Below the pieces are notes generated by a model. The model was not told the origin of the DNA, made no database searches, and saw only the letters and a program-made list of their open reading frames with translations. 46,212 bases of DNA from positions 124,001 to 170,212 of the forward strand of contig NGBS01000011.1 in the NCBI GenBank assembly GCA_002245135.1, written 5' to 3'. The translations under genes were made by a program, and so were the position numbers. This DNA comes from Proteromonas lacertae. Lineage: Eukaryota. Every line of letters starts with the position of its first letter. The stretch's first letter is position 1. Positions 10,769-21,163 of the stretch are shown here, in pieces.

Positions 10769-13700
10769 CTAATTATTGTATCCATAAGGAACTGTTTCAT
10801 AATCATCCTCAAAGTATCTTTTATCATCAAAATATGTAAGTCCTATCTTTTCTTCATAAGCAGTATAGATATGATGATTTCTACTTCTAATATGATTAAT
10901 ACCAAACTTTTGTTTAGAAACATATCCATCAACCATTTCAGTATAATCATCTCCTGTCATCTTACTTGCTATAGCTGTTATTAATCCTTTACATTTGTTG
11001 GAGGATTTGAGTGTACCATCATTAACACATTCCTTTTCATAATAGTAACATTTGGATTTCAATCCTCTAAACTTAGTGATGACATAGAATTTCTTACCAT
11101 CCTGTTCCTCAAATTTGAGTTTATTTAATGTTCCAGGTTTACATGATAATGAATCCCATTTGTAGTAATTACTGAAAGGAGGCATATTCAGATTACTTCC
11201 ATCTATATATTTTTGAAGATGATTGAAATTCCAATAAATATCCTTAGTCTTTACAGAAAAGAGGAGACTGTCAGTATCAGTCATTAAGAGTCTAACATCT
11301 TCTGGTGAATTGTAATGTAATACTCCATCATACCAATACTGTTGCATTAATAATTTAGAAAGAGCAAGGATAGTCATACCTATCTGAATAGGTTTATTAA
11401 TTTTGAACATCTTTTTATGATAATGTACTAATCTCAAATCTCCGTGAATAGTATCTATCTTATCAAACCAAGGATCTCTAATAGCTTTTCTTGCTTGATT
11501 TTCTGACACTACTAATTTGATACTTCTCCACTTATCAACTCTTTCTAAAGTTTTTCCATAAAGTGAATTAAGTAATTTCTTCATTATATTAGTAGTAGAT
11601 GTTTGATGCATTTCCTTCGCATAAACTCTCATATCCTTTAATTGATCAATATGTTTAGACATGTGTTTACTTTCCAAGAATGTTGGTACTTTATATACTT
11701 TTGTTACTCTATATCCATGATCAACTGCAAATTTGAGATTCTGATAATGGATGACATAATGTTCTTTAGGCAATAAATCAGTAACTAACTTTTCAGAGGA
11801 AACATATTTATGAACATCAGGATTTTTCTGATCATCCTCTTTTTGAGAGTATAATACTTCTAATTTTTCTTTGTGTATATCTGACAATTCATCATAGCTA
11901 ATCTTCCTTCTTGAAGGTAGAATAGGATATTCTCTTAAATACTCCTTATAATAGGAAATAGGTTCAATATCCACTTCTAACATATATCCTGTAGTTTCAA
12001 AGGAATCATTCTTATCATAGAATTTAGTAGAATCTAATATCTCATGAAGTTTAGGACAACCAGGATCTTCATAACAATAAAGATGTTAATTCCTTATAGG
12101 AAGTTTACATAAATACATTACTGAAGGATATAAGGAATTCATATCCTGATAAACAATAAACTTTGAAGGTTTCTTAGGATCATAATCCTTCATATATAAA
12201 TTATTAGCATCTTCTTTCCTCTTTCCTATATAGGATAATCCTCCATATAATCCATTAAGGATGAAATCATATATTTCAGGTTCATGAATTAACTCTATCT
12301 TAACTGAACTTTCTTTCAAGAACAAATCCAAAGATAAACTAGGAATTGATACATACCAACAAGGATCAATATGAAAGTGATTAAAGATGTTTTGTCTAAA
12401 ATCCTCAAATACTGAACATAGGATATAAACATCAATACTTAAATAGAAATTACAATATTCTCCTATAGAAGCTTTTCCTTCAAACAAAATGTTATTCACT
12501 TCCATTGCAAACTTATATTCATCTTCTGTTATTGTTGAATTGAATAAACTTGAATAGAAATCCTGAATCTTCAAATCCTTAAATTGATTATCATATTTTT
12601 CCAAACAATCTACATATTCATAAGGAAAGAAGTTTTTCTGAAGAAGATACTTATCAATGATTTCCTCATTTAATTCAGGAAAGTTATCATAAATGACTTT
12701 AAACTTTTCCTTTTTACAATTTAACTCTAAAGCTGTTATCTTTAAATCCTCTGTTAAACTAGATAATTTTTTAGAAAGGAATTGGTATGAATCAATGAAC
12801 ATTAATCTATCAAAGAATATAGCTTTATAATTTTCATCTGTAGAAGGAAGGATATCCAAATTTAAACTAGTCTGTTTAGCAATTTCTGCAAGTTCTCTAA
12901 TGATGAAATGCTGGTCATATCTCATAGCGTTATGACCAATTATAGGAATCTTGTATCCTTTTACTTTTATTGATAAGTTCTCTTTAGAATGAATTGAAGC
13001 AATGTACTTTCCAGTGAAATGATTATGGTGGAGGACTTTTGGATCAAAAGGAGTAAAAGGTTTACTACAAAAATCACAAACAGTTTTACTCATATAAATA
13101 GCTAAATCTTCCTCATTTTGATCCCAATCTTTAGGATATAAGTTTATTATATTATATAAGTGTTTTACATCTTTATATACTGTCATGATATCCTCCATAA
13201 ATTCTTTATCTAAATTTTCATCTTCGGATATCTTCACATTCACAATAGTTGTAGATTTAATTTGAGGAATTTTACTTTCAATATATAAACAATATGATTT
13301 TAACTTATGTTCATTTTTGAAGGATCTTAATGTTTTTGAAGGAAAGATTATAGGTTTGTCCTTTTCCTCTTCATCAATTGCAAATACATTTATATTTAAA
13401 TCATAAGTTTGCTCTACTTTATCTATATCAAGATTAGTAACAGGAGCTACTGGTATTGTAATAAAATCGCTACTAGGTTGTATTTGAGGTAAATGTTGCT
13501 TTTTTAAACATGAATTAATTGCTCTCCAAAAACAATCCATATTATCATTATCCTTATTTTCACAAGGATCTAAACAATACTTATTATTAAATATATCAGG
13601 AATATGATAATTTCCTCCTGCTCCTGCCATAATTTGGTATTGATTAATATGAGTTTCCATTAAATTTATATATTGGAATATTAAACCAGATTCTGGAGGA

Positions 13701-14254
13701 GAAAAGTCATCCTCATTATTAGAATGAAATAAGGAACGCATCTTTGCTGCTACTGATGCAGGACTATCATACTCATTTATTAAAATATTTCTTGTATTAT
13801 AAAATAAGGATACTTCCTCACCTGATTCATCTTCCGAAGAAGTATAAACATACCAAAATACAAAGTATACTTTAATATTTTTCATTTCATGTGCTATTTC
13901 ACTTATTCTTAAAGCAACATCTGTGTTATCAACAATGAAATTATAATAATCTTCAGGAGTAAGATGATGAATATCCTTTAAATTAGTAACGTACTTCCTT
14001 GTTACTCCTTCGGAGGATTGGCCTTCTAATTCATACCTTTTTAATCTTTCCTCTAAATTTCCTCTTGGAGGATGAATTCTATTATCATCCATATCATCAT
14101 CTCTTCCACCGAAATACATTCCATAATCAGGATATATAATATGTACTTGAGGATTATTATTTAAATTCCTTATATAGGAGGATTCACTTATATTCCTTCT
14201 TTTACTAGTTGCATTAATGAAATATTGGGAAGTACTATCCTCATTTTCTAGCAT
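10769..14254 (-). pseudogene. Polinton/Maverick-type protein-primed DNA polymerase B, with one in-frame TAA (12086-12088) and an apparent internal deletion
   Basis: The 722-aa and 404-aa ORFs are in the same frame. vOTU-like DCFWRAINSCL; Zn insertion CDFC..KVLHHNHFTGKY; ExoII GHNAMRYDQHFII; ExoIII YLSIDVYILCSVFEDFR; Pol A YQDMNSLYPSVM; Pol B KKLLNSLYGK; Pol C MTDTDSL; C-terminal FDDKRY. Confidence 0.93.
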
Positions 14255-14519
14255 CTTTTCTAATAAATGAGTTTTTGCATTTAAAGCATATTTTTCTGCT
14301 TATCAGTATTCTTCCTTTTATTCATGATTTTATACTTATAGAAATTCAAAACTAAAAAGAAAATAAAAAATGAATATACTTTAAAATAATTGGTCAAATA
14401 CAAATGTACACTAAATTTTGATTGGATAATGAAAAATCTACTAAAAAATCGTTACTTTTTTTATTTGCAATTTTCTTGCTATTTTTAACTATTTTTAAAA
14501 ATTTAACTTCTAAAAAATC

Positions 14520-15443
14520 ATGAGTTCTGGTAAAAAATACTTTACTTCTAAAAAGTATGTAGAAGAGGAGGCTGAGGAGGATAACTCTACTATAACTAGT
14601 GATGAAGATGATTTAGAAAATTGTGAAACTGAACCAGTATCACAAAGTGAATATGAAAAGCCTTATATTAAGGATTATGAGAGATGGTGTAAGGAAAACA
14701 ATGTTGATGAAATGGAAAGTAATCCTGAACCAAAGTATGCAGCTGAATTAGTGAGGAAAATCATGGATGATAAACAAATGTTAGAAATGGGAAATATTCC
14801 TAAGTTAGAATCTGCAAGAGGATTAGTGAGTGATTACCTTCCTCCTAATTTAAATAGAAGGTTAACTTTCATTGGACATGTATCTGAGATGAAATTAGAA
14901 AAACCAAAAGAGGATCAGGAAGGATATTATTCTGTGAAGTTTACTAATGTTCAAGTAGCTAGGTTTGCAGGAAAGGATTGTGATGCTAGTGAATGGATAA
15001 AGCTAAAATCCTCTTGGTTATATGATATAGCTGATTATTTGAAAACCTCTAAACATTTGGAGCATAGTATTGAAGTTGTCCTCAATTTATACAGGATTCT
15101 CATTTGGAAGAATGATGATAGGCATAATCTTGTAGGAAATGATAAAACAGTATATGAGGATTGGACTGTTATGGAGGGTAAGGATGTTGTTGTTCCTGTA
15201 GTAGCTTTAAAATATACCATCAAGAATAATACATGCTTTGTTAATTTATTCATTGATGGAGATATTATGATTGTAAGTGAGGATTATGTTAAAGAAAAAG
15301 TTAAGGATAAGGTTGAGGAAAAAGAGGAAAAGAAGTTTAGTACTCCTAAAAGAAAAAGAGAAAGGCCCTTAAGTCCTCCAGTAGTGAAGAGAAGTAACAT
15401 AGGAGGATTAACCTTAAAGAAGGATCATAAGCATAAAAAGTAA
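14520..15443 (+). CDS. Polinton accessory protein, possible OB-fold ssDNA-binding protein
   Basis: Intact 307-aa ORF divergent from pPolB. Acidic N-terminus, beta-rich core (EGKDVVVPVVALKYTIKNNTCFVNLFIDGDIMIV), C-terminal NLS-like PKRKRERP. The SSB call is inference. Confidence 0.55.
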   Translation: MSSGKKYFTSKKYVEEEAEEDNSTITSDEDDLENCETEPVSQSEYEKPYIKDYERWCKENNVDEMESNPEPKYAAELVRKIMDDKQMLEMGNIPKLESARGLVSDYLPPNLNRRLTFIGHVSEMKLEKPKEDQEGYYSVKFTNVQVARFAGKDCDASEWIKLKSSWLYDIADYLKTSKHLEHSIEVVLNLYRILIWKNDDRHNLVGNDKTVYEDWTVMEGKDVVVPVVALKYTIKNNTCFVNLFIDGDIMIVSEDYVKEKVKDKVEEKEEKKFSTPKRKRERPLSPPVVKRSNIGGLTLKKDHKHKK

Positions 15444-15496
15444 TTAAAAAGATAATTATCATTAATTCCTTACTATATTCTTATTTTTGTTTTTCT

Positions 15497-15741
15497 ATGA
15501 ATATTCCAAAAAAGACTTTACCAGAGCTATATTCACAATACAACTATTTATCTTCTAAAGATTTCATCAATATTTGCACTCACTATGGTTATAGCGAAGA
15601 TGAAGCTAAGACTTTTGCATATTCTTCTCCTCGATATCAGTTAGCATCAAAAAGAGTTCGTCCTAAAAAATTAAGGTATACTACTATTAAAGTACCAGGT
15701 ACTTTTATGATTGATTTTGCATTCTTTCAAGGAAATGATGG
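15497..15741 (+). pseudogene. Polinton-type retroviral-like integrase, N-terminal part, interrupted by the Ginger element
   Basis: YQLASKRVRPKKLRYTTIKVPGTFMIDFAFFQGNDG resembles the approach to the first catalytic Asp of Polinton integrases. A degenerate GFIL*QVEV continuation follows the right TIR at 31884. Confidence 0.6.
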
Positions 15742-16385
15742 TGTTGTGCGCCGTTTGTCAGAGTTGGCCGTTTGTCTACCAGACACTTTCAAAACAAACT
15801 AAATACACAATTACACTTCTTTTAATGAAAAATTGTTAATTTTATTTTAACATTTTGTATATGATAGACATGTCACGATATGACTTAATTAGTATATGTA
15901 ACAAATTATTTTACATAATCTATTAATACATATTAAGTACATGAATAATATAAAATATTATCTTACAACTCACTTCTGTTGTTGATATAAATAAAATAAT
16001 GTAACTAAAAACTTGAATTTTCTTACCCCCTTATTTGTACGAAAATCAATATTTTGATATAAATACTTGTTTTATATGCACATGTTTTTCATCTAAATCT
16101 ATAATTTTAGTTACAAAGTTAATATCTACAATATAAACAGAAATACAATCTTTAATCGACATGAATCTCAAAGCTACAACATATTAATGTATTTCATATT
16201 TCAATACCTTCTATAAAAATCATTCATTTCAGTGTGTAGCTAGTTACAATATATTTTTAACACTTAGCTTCTTTTGTATAATTTACAAAATTATAATTTA
16301 TGTGTTGTTTTTTATTTTATGTAATAGTATCAATGATTATGAAATGATACACATAAGTCACAGAAGAAAATTGAGAAGTGAAAAA

Positions 16386-16443
16386 TGTCTCCTAGACAAA
16401 CGGCGTATTTCTAAATCTTCTCACGCCGTTTGTCTAGGAGACA
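16386..16443. repeat. Internal perfect 21-bp inverted repeat containing the TIR core GCCGTTTGTC
   Basis: tgtctcctagacaaacggcgt (16386-16406), 16-nt spacer, acgccgtttgtctaggagaca (16423-16443). Confidence 0.9.
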
Positions 16444-16649
16444 CTTTTGATTTCTCATATTTCATATATGAGATAATCATAATATATTATTAACAAATAT
16501 AACAAAATTGAAATCAGAAAATAAGTTGAAACAACATTCAACTCAAATCTTTTTCCAAATTTGTTTTTTATGTTATGTGGATGTGTGTACCTAACAAACA
16601 CATTGTAATTATATAAAGATACTTTTTAGAATTTTTAAAGAAAATGAAA

Positions 16650-18002
16650 TTATATAAATCTATAAATGTTTTTTTTGTTGTAAATGTAAAACAATTTCGC
16701 TTTTTCTTCGTTATTTAAACTTTCTATACCTTCAATTAAATCATCAATGAAGTATTTTATATTAAAACTTTCTATATTTTGAATCTTTGTTATTTCCAAA
16801 TTATTCAATCTTGCTCCAAGAAAGAATAAACAGTAATATTCACAAGTTACAGCATCTGTTTGATGAACTTTTGTATCTACTATTTCATATGATTCTAATT
16901 CACGATTGCAAGAATGAAAGAGTTGTTTAATATTCTTTATTACTATATTTCTTGGTTCTTTGTTCATATAAATTGCTAAACTGTCATATATTCTAAACAT
17001 CATATAGTCATTAGGAACATAATCTACTTCCCATAAACTCCAATGACTTTGATTTGGATCACATACTGGAAAATAATAAATTCCTTTTTCACTTATCTTT
17101 TTTTTATTATCCTTTTGCTTTTCATTTAAAAATACAACACCAGGATCAATAACATTCTTATTGTTGTTGGAAATATAATGTAATAAAAACAGGAATTCAT
17201 CGCCTTTTAGTTGATTGTTAATATTTAAATGACTCACCAATTCTTTACAATTTACTTCATATTTCGGTTGTTGATGTTGTCCATAGAATCTTACATGACC
17301 AATATCATTATATCCTTTAATTTTCTTTACAAACAACAAACTATCATGAGTGTGATCATCATATGTAATTGATGCAACACTAGTATCTTTTCTATTTACC
17401 ATTTTACATGCATATTTTAAAGTCATTGAATTACGCTCTATCAGAAGGTGTATATAGGTTTTGAATAGATCAATCATGAGAATAATATCAACATCGCTTA
17501 TATATGGATGATCTTCAGACATCTTTATCATTAGCATTACAGCAGCCAATATTTCTGTTGCTTCAAGAAAGTTAGTATTAACATTGGTCTTGACAATCTT
17601 ATATTGAGATATTATTTCACCTACACTTCTATCATATCTACCAATACGACGAATACCTTCTGCATAATCATCTTTACCAAATGAATCTATAACTTCGATA
17701 GTTTTATTATCATGATGAATGATAACAGTGTAATAATTGTTACTATCTTTAGCTCTAATTATGAATGCTTCCATCTCTTTATTCATTATCATTTGTTTAT
17801 CTTTACATACGTAATAATGTTGATTTAAATTGTATAATTCCAATATGAAATGAATTTCATTTAATCCAAGTTGAATTTTTCCAATACTTTTTATAAATCT
17901 TTCAACAAATTCCAAGTGATCATTAGTTAATGGATCCTTAATATCTTCTTCAGAAGTTCTAATACCAAATATATCATACACTGCATTCTTCTTTGGATTC
18001 AT
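16650..18002 (-). CDS. Ulp1/SENP-like (C48) cysteine protease region of the Ginger polyprotein
   Basis: FPVCDPNQSHWSLW..IYDSL..HQTDAVTCEYYC gives the His-Asp-Gln-Cys order. A degenerate upstream copy reads NNYYTVII..EVIDSFG. Confidence 0.8.
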   Translation of the reverse strand: MNPKKNAVYDIFGIRTSEEDIKDPLTNDHLEFVERFIKSIGKIQLGLNEIHFILELYNLNQHYYVCKDKQMIMNKEMEAFIIRAKDSNNYYTVIIHHDNKTIEVIDSFGKDDYAEGIRRIGRYDRSVGEIISQYKIVKTNVNTNFLEATEILAAVMLMIKMSEDHPYISDVDIILMIDLFKTYIHLLIERNSMTLKYACKMVNRKDTSVASITYDDHTHDSLLFVKKIKGYNDIGHVRFYGQHQQPKYEVNCKELVSHLNINNQLKGDEFLFLLHYISNNNKNVIDPGVVFLNEKQKDNKKKISEKGIYYFPVCDPNQSHWSLWEVDYVPNDYMMFRIYDSLAIYMNKEPRNIVIKNIKQLFHSCNRELESYEIVDTKVHQTDAVTCEYYCLFFLGARLNNLEITKIQNIESFNIKYFIDDLIEGIESLNNEEKAKLFYIYNKKNIYRFI

Positions 18003-18200
18003 TACTATTTGCTGAAGTCTTTTTTCATAGGTGTTAATATCCTTTTTTTAGGATTAGGATGAATCTATTTAATATAAATTATCATCAAATATACTAGTAT
18101 TTTGTCTGCTGTTTTCTTCATATTCTCTAATAATTCTGATGAAACTTCAAGCTTTATTAAAGGTGTAGATGATACTAATGGAATTTGCATGTTTTCATTT

Positions 18201-19630
18201 CTATTCATTAGATAGTAATAATTTAATAATATACACTAAATATTGCTTTTTATTAACTTTATCATCTTTAACTAATGCTAGACTCTTTTCATCTTGGCAC
18301 ATCTTTCGTTTCACAGCTGTAATAACCACATCTCCATGTTCTGGATTAACTAGTTTATTTCCTAATTTCTTAATGGAATCATCTCTCATTTTGTTATTAT
18401 AATTGAAGTTTCTTTCGTCTATATAATCTTGAAACTGTTCTATTATATTTCCATTTTGTGTTATATCTTTTCTGATTCTATCTTTATAACTTCTTCTTCC
18501 ATTATTGTTACTTCACCATTACCGCTATTACCACCATCATCACTATTATCGCTATCATTACCATCTTCATCTACATCTATAACATGATCAGAACCACCAT
18601 TATTGCCATTAACGCCATTAGCACCTTCTTCTTCTTCATATTCACTGTCTGCTTTAACTTCTTCGCCATCACTGTCATCATTATCATCATTATTATCACC
18701 TTCTATATTAGTATAATCTGGTTTAAACTTCTTATTCTGAATCATCAACTCTTTCATGTCCATAAAGAATAAGGATCTTCCTTTACAATTTGTTCTTCTG
18801 CATCTATGATTATTAATTATTTCTGTTATTCTTTCCAAGTTTTCAGTCCAATAAACATCAGGATTATCAACCTTCATAGCTGCTATCTTTTCTTTAATGA
18901 ATCTATTATATCTCTCCACTTTACCATTGCACTGTGGGTGTCTTGGCTTGCTATGCGCAATTATAATACCATATTTACTAAGCATATCTTTCATTAAAGC
19001 ATTTTTGAATTCTTAACCATTATCCATCTGCATAATTTCAGGAGGACCAAAGATTCTTATAAAAGATTGTACATTTTTCACTGTTTCTTTATCTGTTTTG
19101 CGTTTCTGGGCATATAACATGATAAAATTAGAGTAATGGTCGATGACAGTTAAGATATAATGGTAGAGATCTTCTTCTTTTATGTTCGTGAAATCTTCAT
19201 TACAATTGTCCATTTCTACAAGATCAATCAAAACTCTTTCTCTAGGTCTTGTAACAACAATAGGATGTGTTGGTTGTACTCTTTTAGCCTCCTTAAGTTT
19301 AATACAATCATAGCAGGTTGTCAAATAAGCTCTAATCATCTTTCTATTAATACCATAATAACCATGAACTGGATCATTAATTACATCTCTTAAAGATGAT
19401 TCTTTACAATGGGCATTATCTCTATGTAACTTGTCTAAGAAGTCGAATGAATCTTCCAATTTAATGACTTCTCTTCCTTTAAAATACAGTTTACCTGTAG
19501 ATTCATCGCAAGTGTAATAGCCTCTATTGGCTGAAGTTCCAGCTAAATCATGAAAGAACTTGTACTTATTCTTATCAAAAGCTGCACAATCACGTGTCTT
19601 TTTATTGTTCTTTCCCTTCGGCTTTACCAC
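18201..19630 (-). pseudogene. Gypsy-like DDE integrase/transposase of the Ginger element (in-frame stop and frameshift; 5' end interrupted by element A)
   Basis: HHCC (LHRDNAH..CYDC), RPRERVLIDL, YILTVIDHYSNF, QMDNG*EF (in-frame TAA at 19013-19015), SKPRHPQCNGKVERYN. Confidence 0.92.
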
Positions 19631-19650
19631 CTTCTCTGGTATATAGTATA

Positions 19651-19845
19651 TAAATGGGACCCTGGGACATTGTCACAGAGTCCTAACGAGTTTTCTAGGG
19701 GTCCGTCCCTTTCTAGATTCAGAGTTGACTTTTACGGGGCCTTGCATCGATGAAGCTCCCGTAAAGGTCAACTCTGAATCTAGAAGGGGACGGACTCCTA
19801 GAACACTCGTTAGAACTCTGTGACAATGTCCCAGGGTCCCATTTA
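19651..19845. repeat. 195-nt imperfect palindrome (left terminal hairpin of A)
   Basis: taaatgggaccctgggacattgtcacagag...catcgatg...ctctgtgacaatgtcccagggtcccattta, centred on CATCGATG. Confidence 0.97.
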
Positions 19846-20088
19846 CGTAAGGTTCCTACGGGATTCCTCCTAACGGAGTCTACTTCCCTACGGAGACTCT
19901 TGGAAGCTATTTCTATACCTATCTATGAGACGATCTCCTACGGGTACTCCTGGAAGCTATCTAGAAGTGTTGATTACCTCGAGGTGATGAATCTAATCAC
20001 GCTCTTGACTCTCCTTGCTACGCTGGTGACCTTGTAAGGGCTTTTAATTGAACTGTGGAAACCAATCGTGGAACCGGGAGTTTACAGT

Positions 20089-20800
20089 TGTTAACTTGTT
20101 ACCAATTGTTAACTAGTTACCAATTGATAACAAGTTACCAAATGGTAACTCCGGGAGGTTCTAGCTAGTAGTGGATTTCTCAAGGGCCCTTGAAGATAAT
20201 GATTAGCAATCTCGGAAGGCTTCTGAAGGTATGTTTTATCATCCTTATAACTTTCCTAGATAAGTTCATCCAAGACCTTCCCGAGAAGAACAGCCGTGTT
20301 GGCAAGGAAGGGAATCTCCCACGATGGGAGATTCCCTGACGCAGTCATGCACGGCTGGACGTATCTGGGAAGGTGCCTTAATGGTTCTTCTATTAATCAG
20401 TGACTTTATAACTGGAGGTTCTGGTTAGTACTGGATTTTCTCAAGGCCTTGAAGATCATCGTAAGCATTCTCGCTTCCTAGAGGTAAGTCTAATCGTCCT
20501 TGTTAATCAACTAGGTAACATTCAACTATCATCTATCCTAGCAAGGAAGGGATGTTCCTCCTTGAGTTACAGCTCAAGGAGGAACCTCCTGACAAAGCCA
20601 AGGAACTTCCATCAAGAGACTGCATTACAAAGCCAAGGAACAGGATCATTGCCTAGGTAAGTTTCATTGCCCTTCTAAGACTTGAATCCAAGATGCTCCA
20701 GCTAGTTCTGAATTTCTCAAAGGCCTTGAAGATCGTGATAAACAATCTCGGGAGGGTTCTGTAGGTATCTTCCATTAGCCTTGTAAGTCATCTACTAGGA
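20089..20800 (+). repeat. Non-coding repeat/hairpin array in A (iterated TTGTTAAC/GTTACCAA, three ~110-bp degenerate units, two stem-loop cassettes)
   Basis: Units sharing (t)ttctcaa(g/a)ggcc(c)ttgaagat start near 20153, 20414 and 20696. Hairpins at 20310-20336 and 20554-20585. Confidence 0.8.
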
Positions 20801-21098
20801 AGCTCCTTACATACCAGTTTAGTTTATTTATTCCTGAAGGTAAAGTTCATTCCCGAGGACAGCATCATCATCTAAGCAATCGTAGAAACGTGAATACCGT
20901 GATTGGGAAGCTTAGGATAAGTAGGAACTTACCTGAGCACTTGTTAGAGATGTTACTGGAGGTAAGCTAATGAGCAATTTCTTAAGGTCAATTCCCCATC
21001 ATCTGTCCAATGGAGATTGAATAGGAATCATTCTGAAGCTATTCACTAAATACTGTAGCTGAACAATACATATACTAGGATCAGCAATCCATAAGTAA

Positions 21099-21163
21099 GG
21101 TCAAGATGCCCTAGTGGGCAGACCAGGTACCAACATCCCATCCCCTCCGGGTTCGAACCCCAG
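21099..21163 (+). ncRNA. tRNA-like RNA polymerase III unit (box A/box B), not a full cloverleaf
   Basis: Box A-like TGCCCTAGTGG (21107-21117) and box B GGTTCGAACCC (21150-21160), 32-nt spacing, T-arm-like CCGGG-TTCGAAC-CCCAG. Confidence 0.55.

Noticed and set aside
16593..16600. Blastocystis TGTTTGTT polyadenylation motif downstream of the Ulp1 ORF (minus strand)
   Set aside because: An 8-mer expected by chance in AT-rich DNA and not seen consistently after the host genes; insufficient to assign the host.
12086..19015. Alternative genetic code or programmed readthrough at the in-frame TAA in pPolB and the Ginger integrase
   Set aside because: The two sites imply different residues (aromatic versus Lys/Arg-like), both genes have other lesions, and intact ORFs end normally in TAA/TAG.
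20153..20800. Repeat-spacer arrangement as a CRISPR array
   Set aside because: Units are ~110 bp, degenerate and only three; no cas genes; eukaryotic context.
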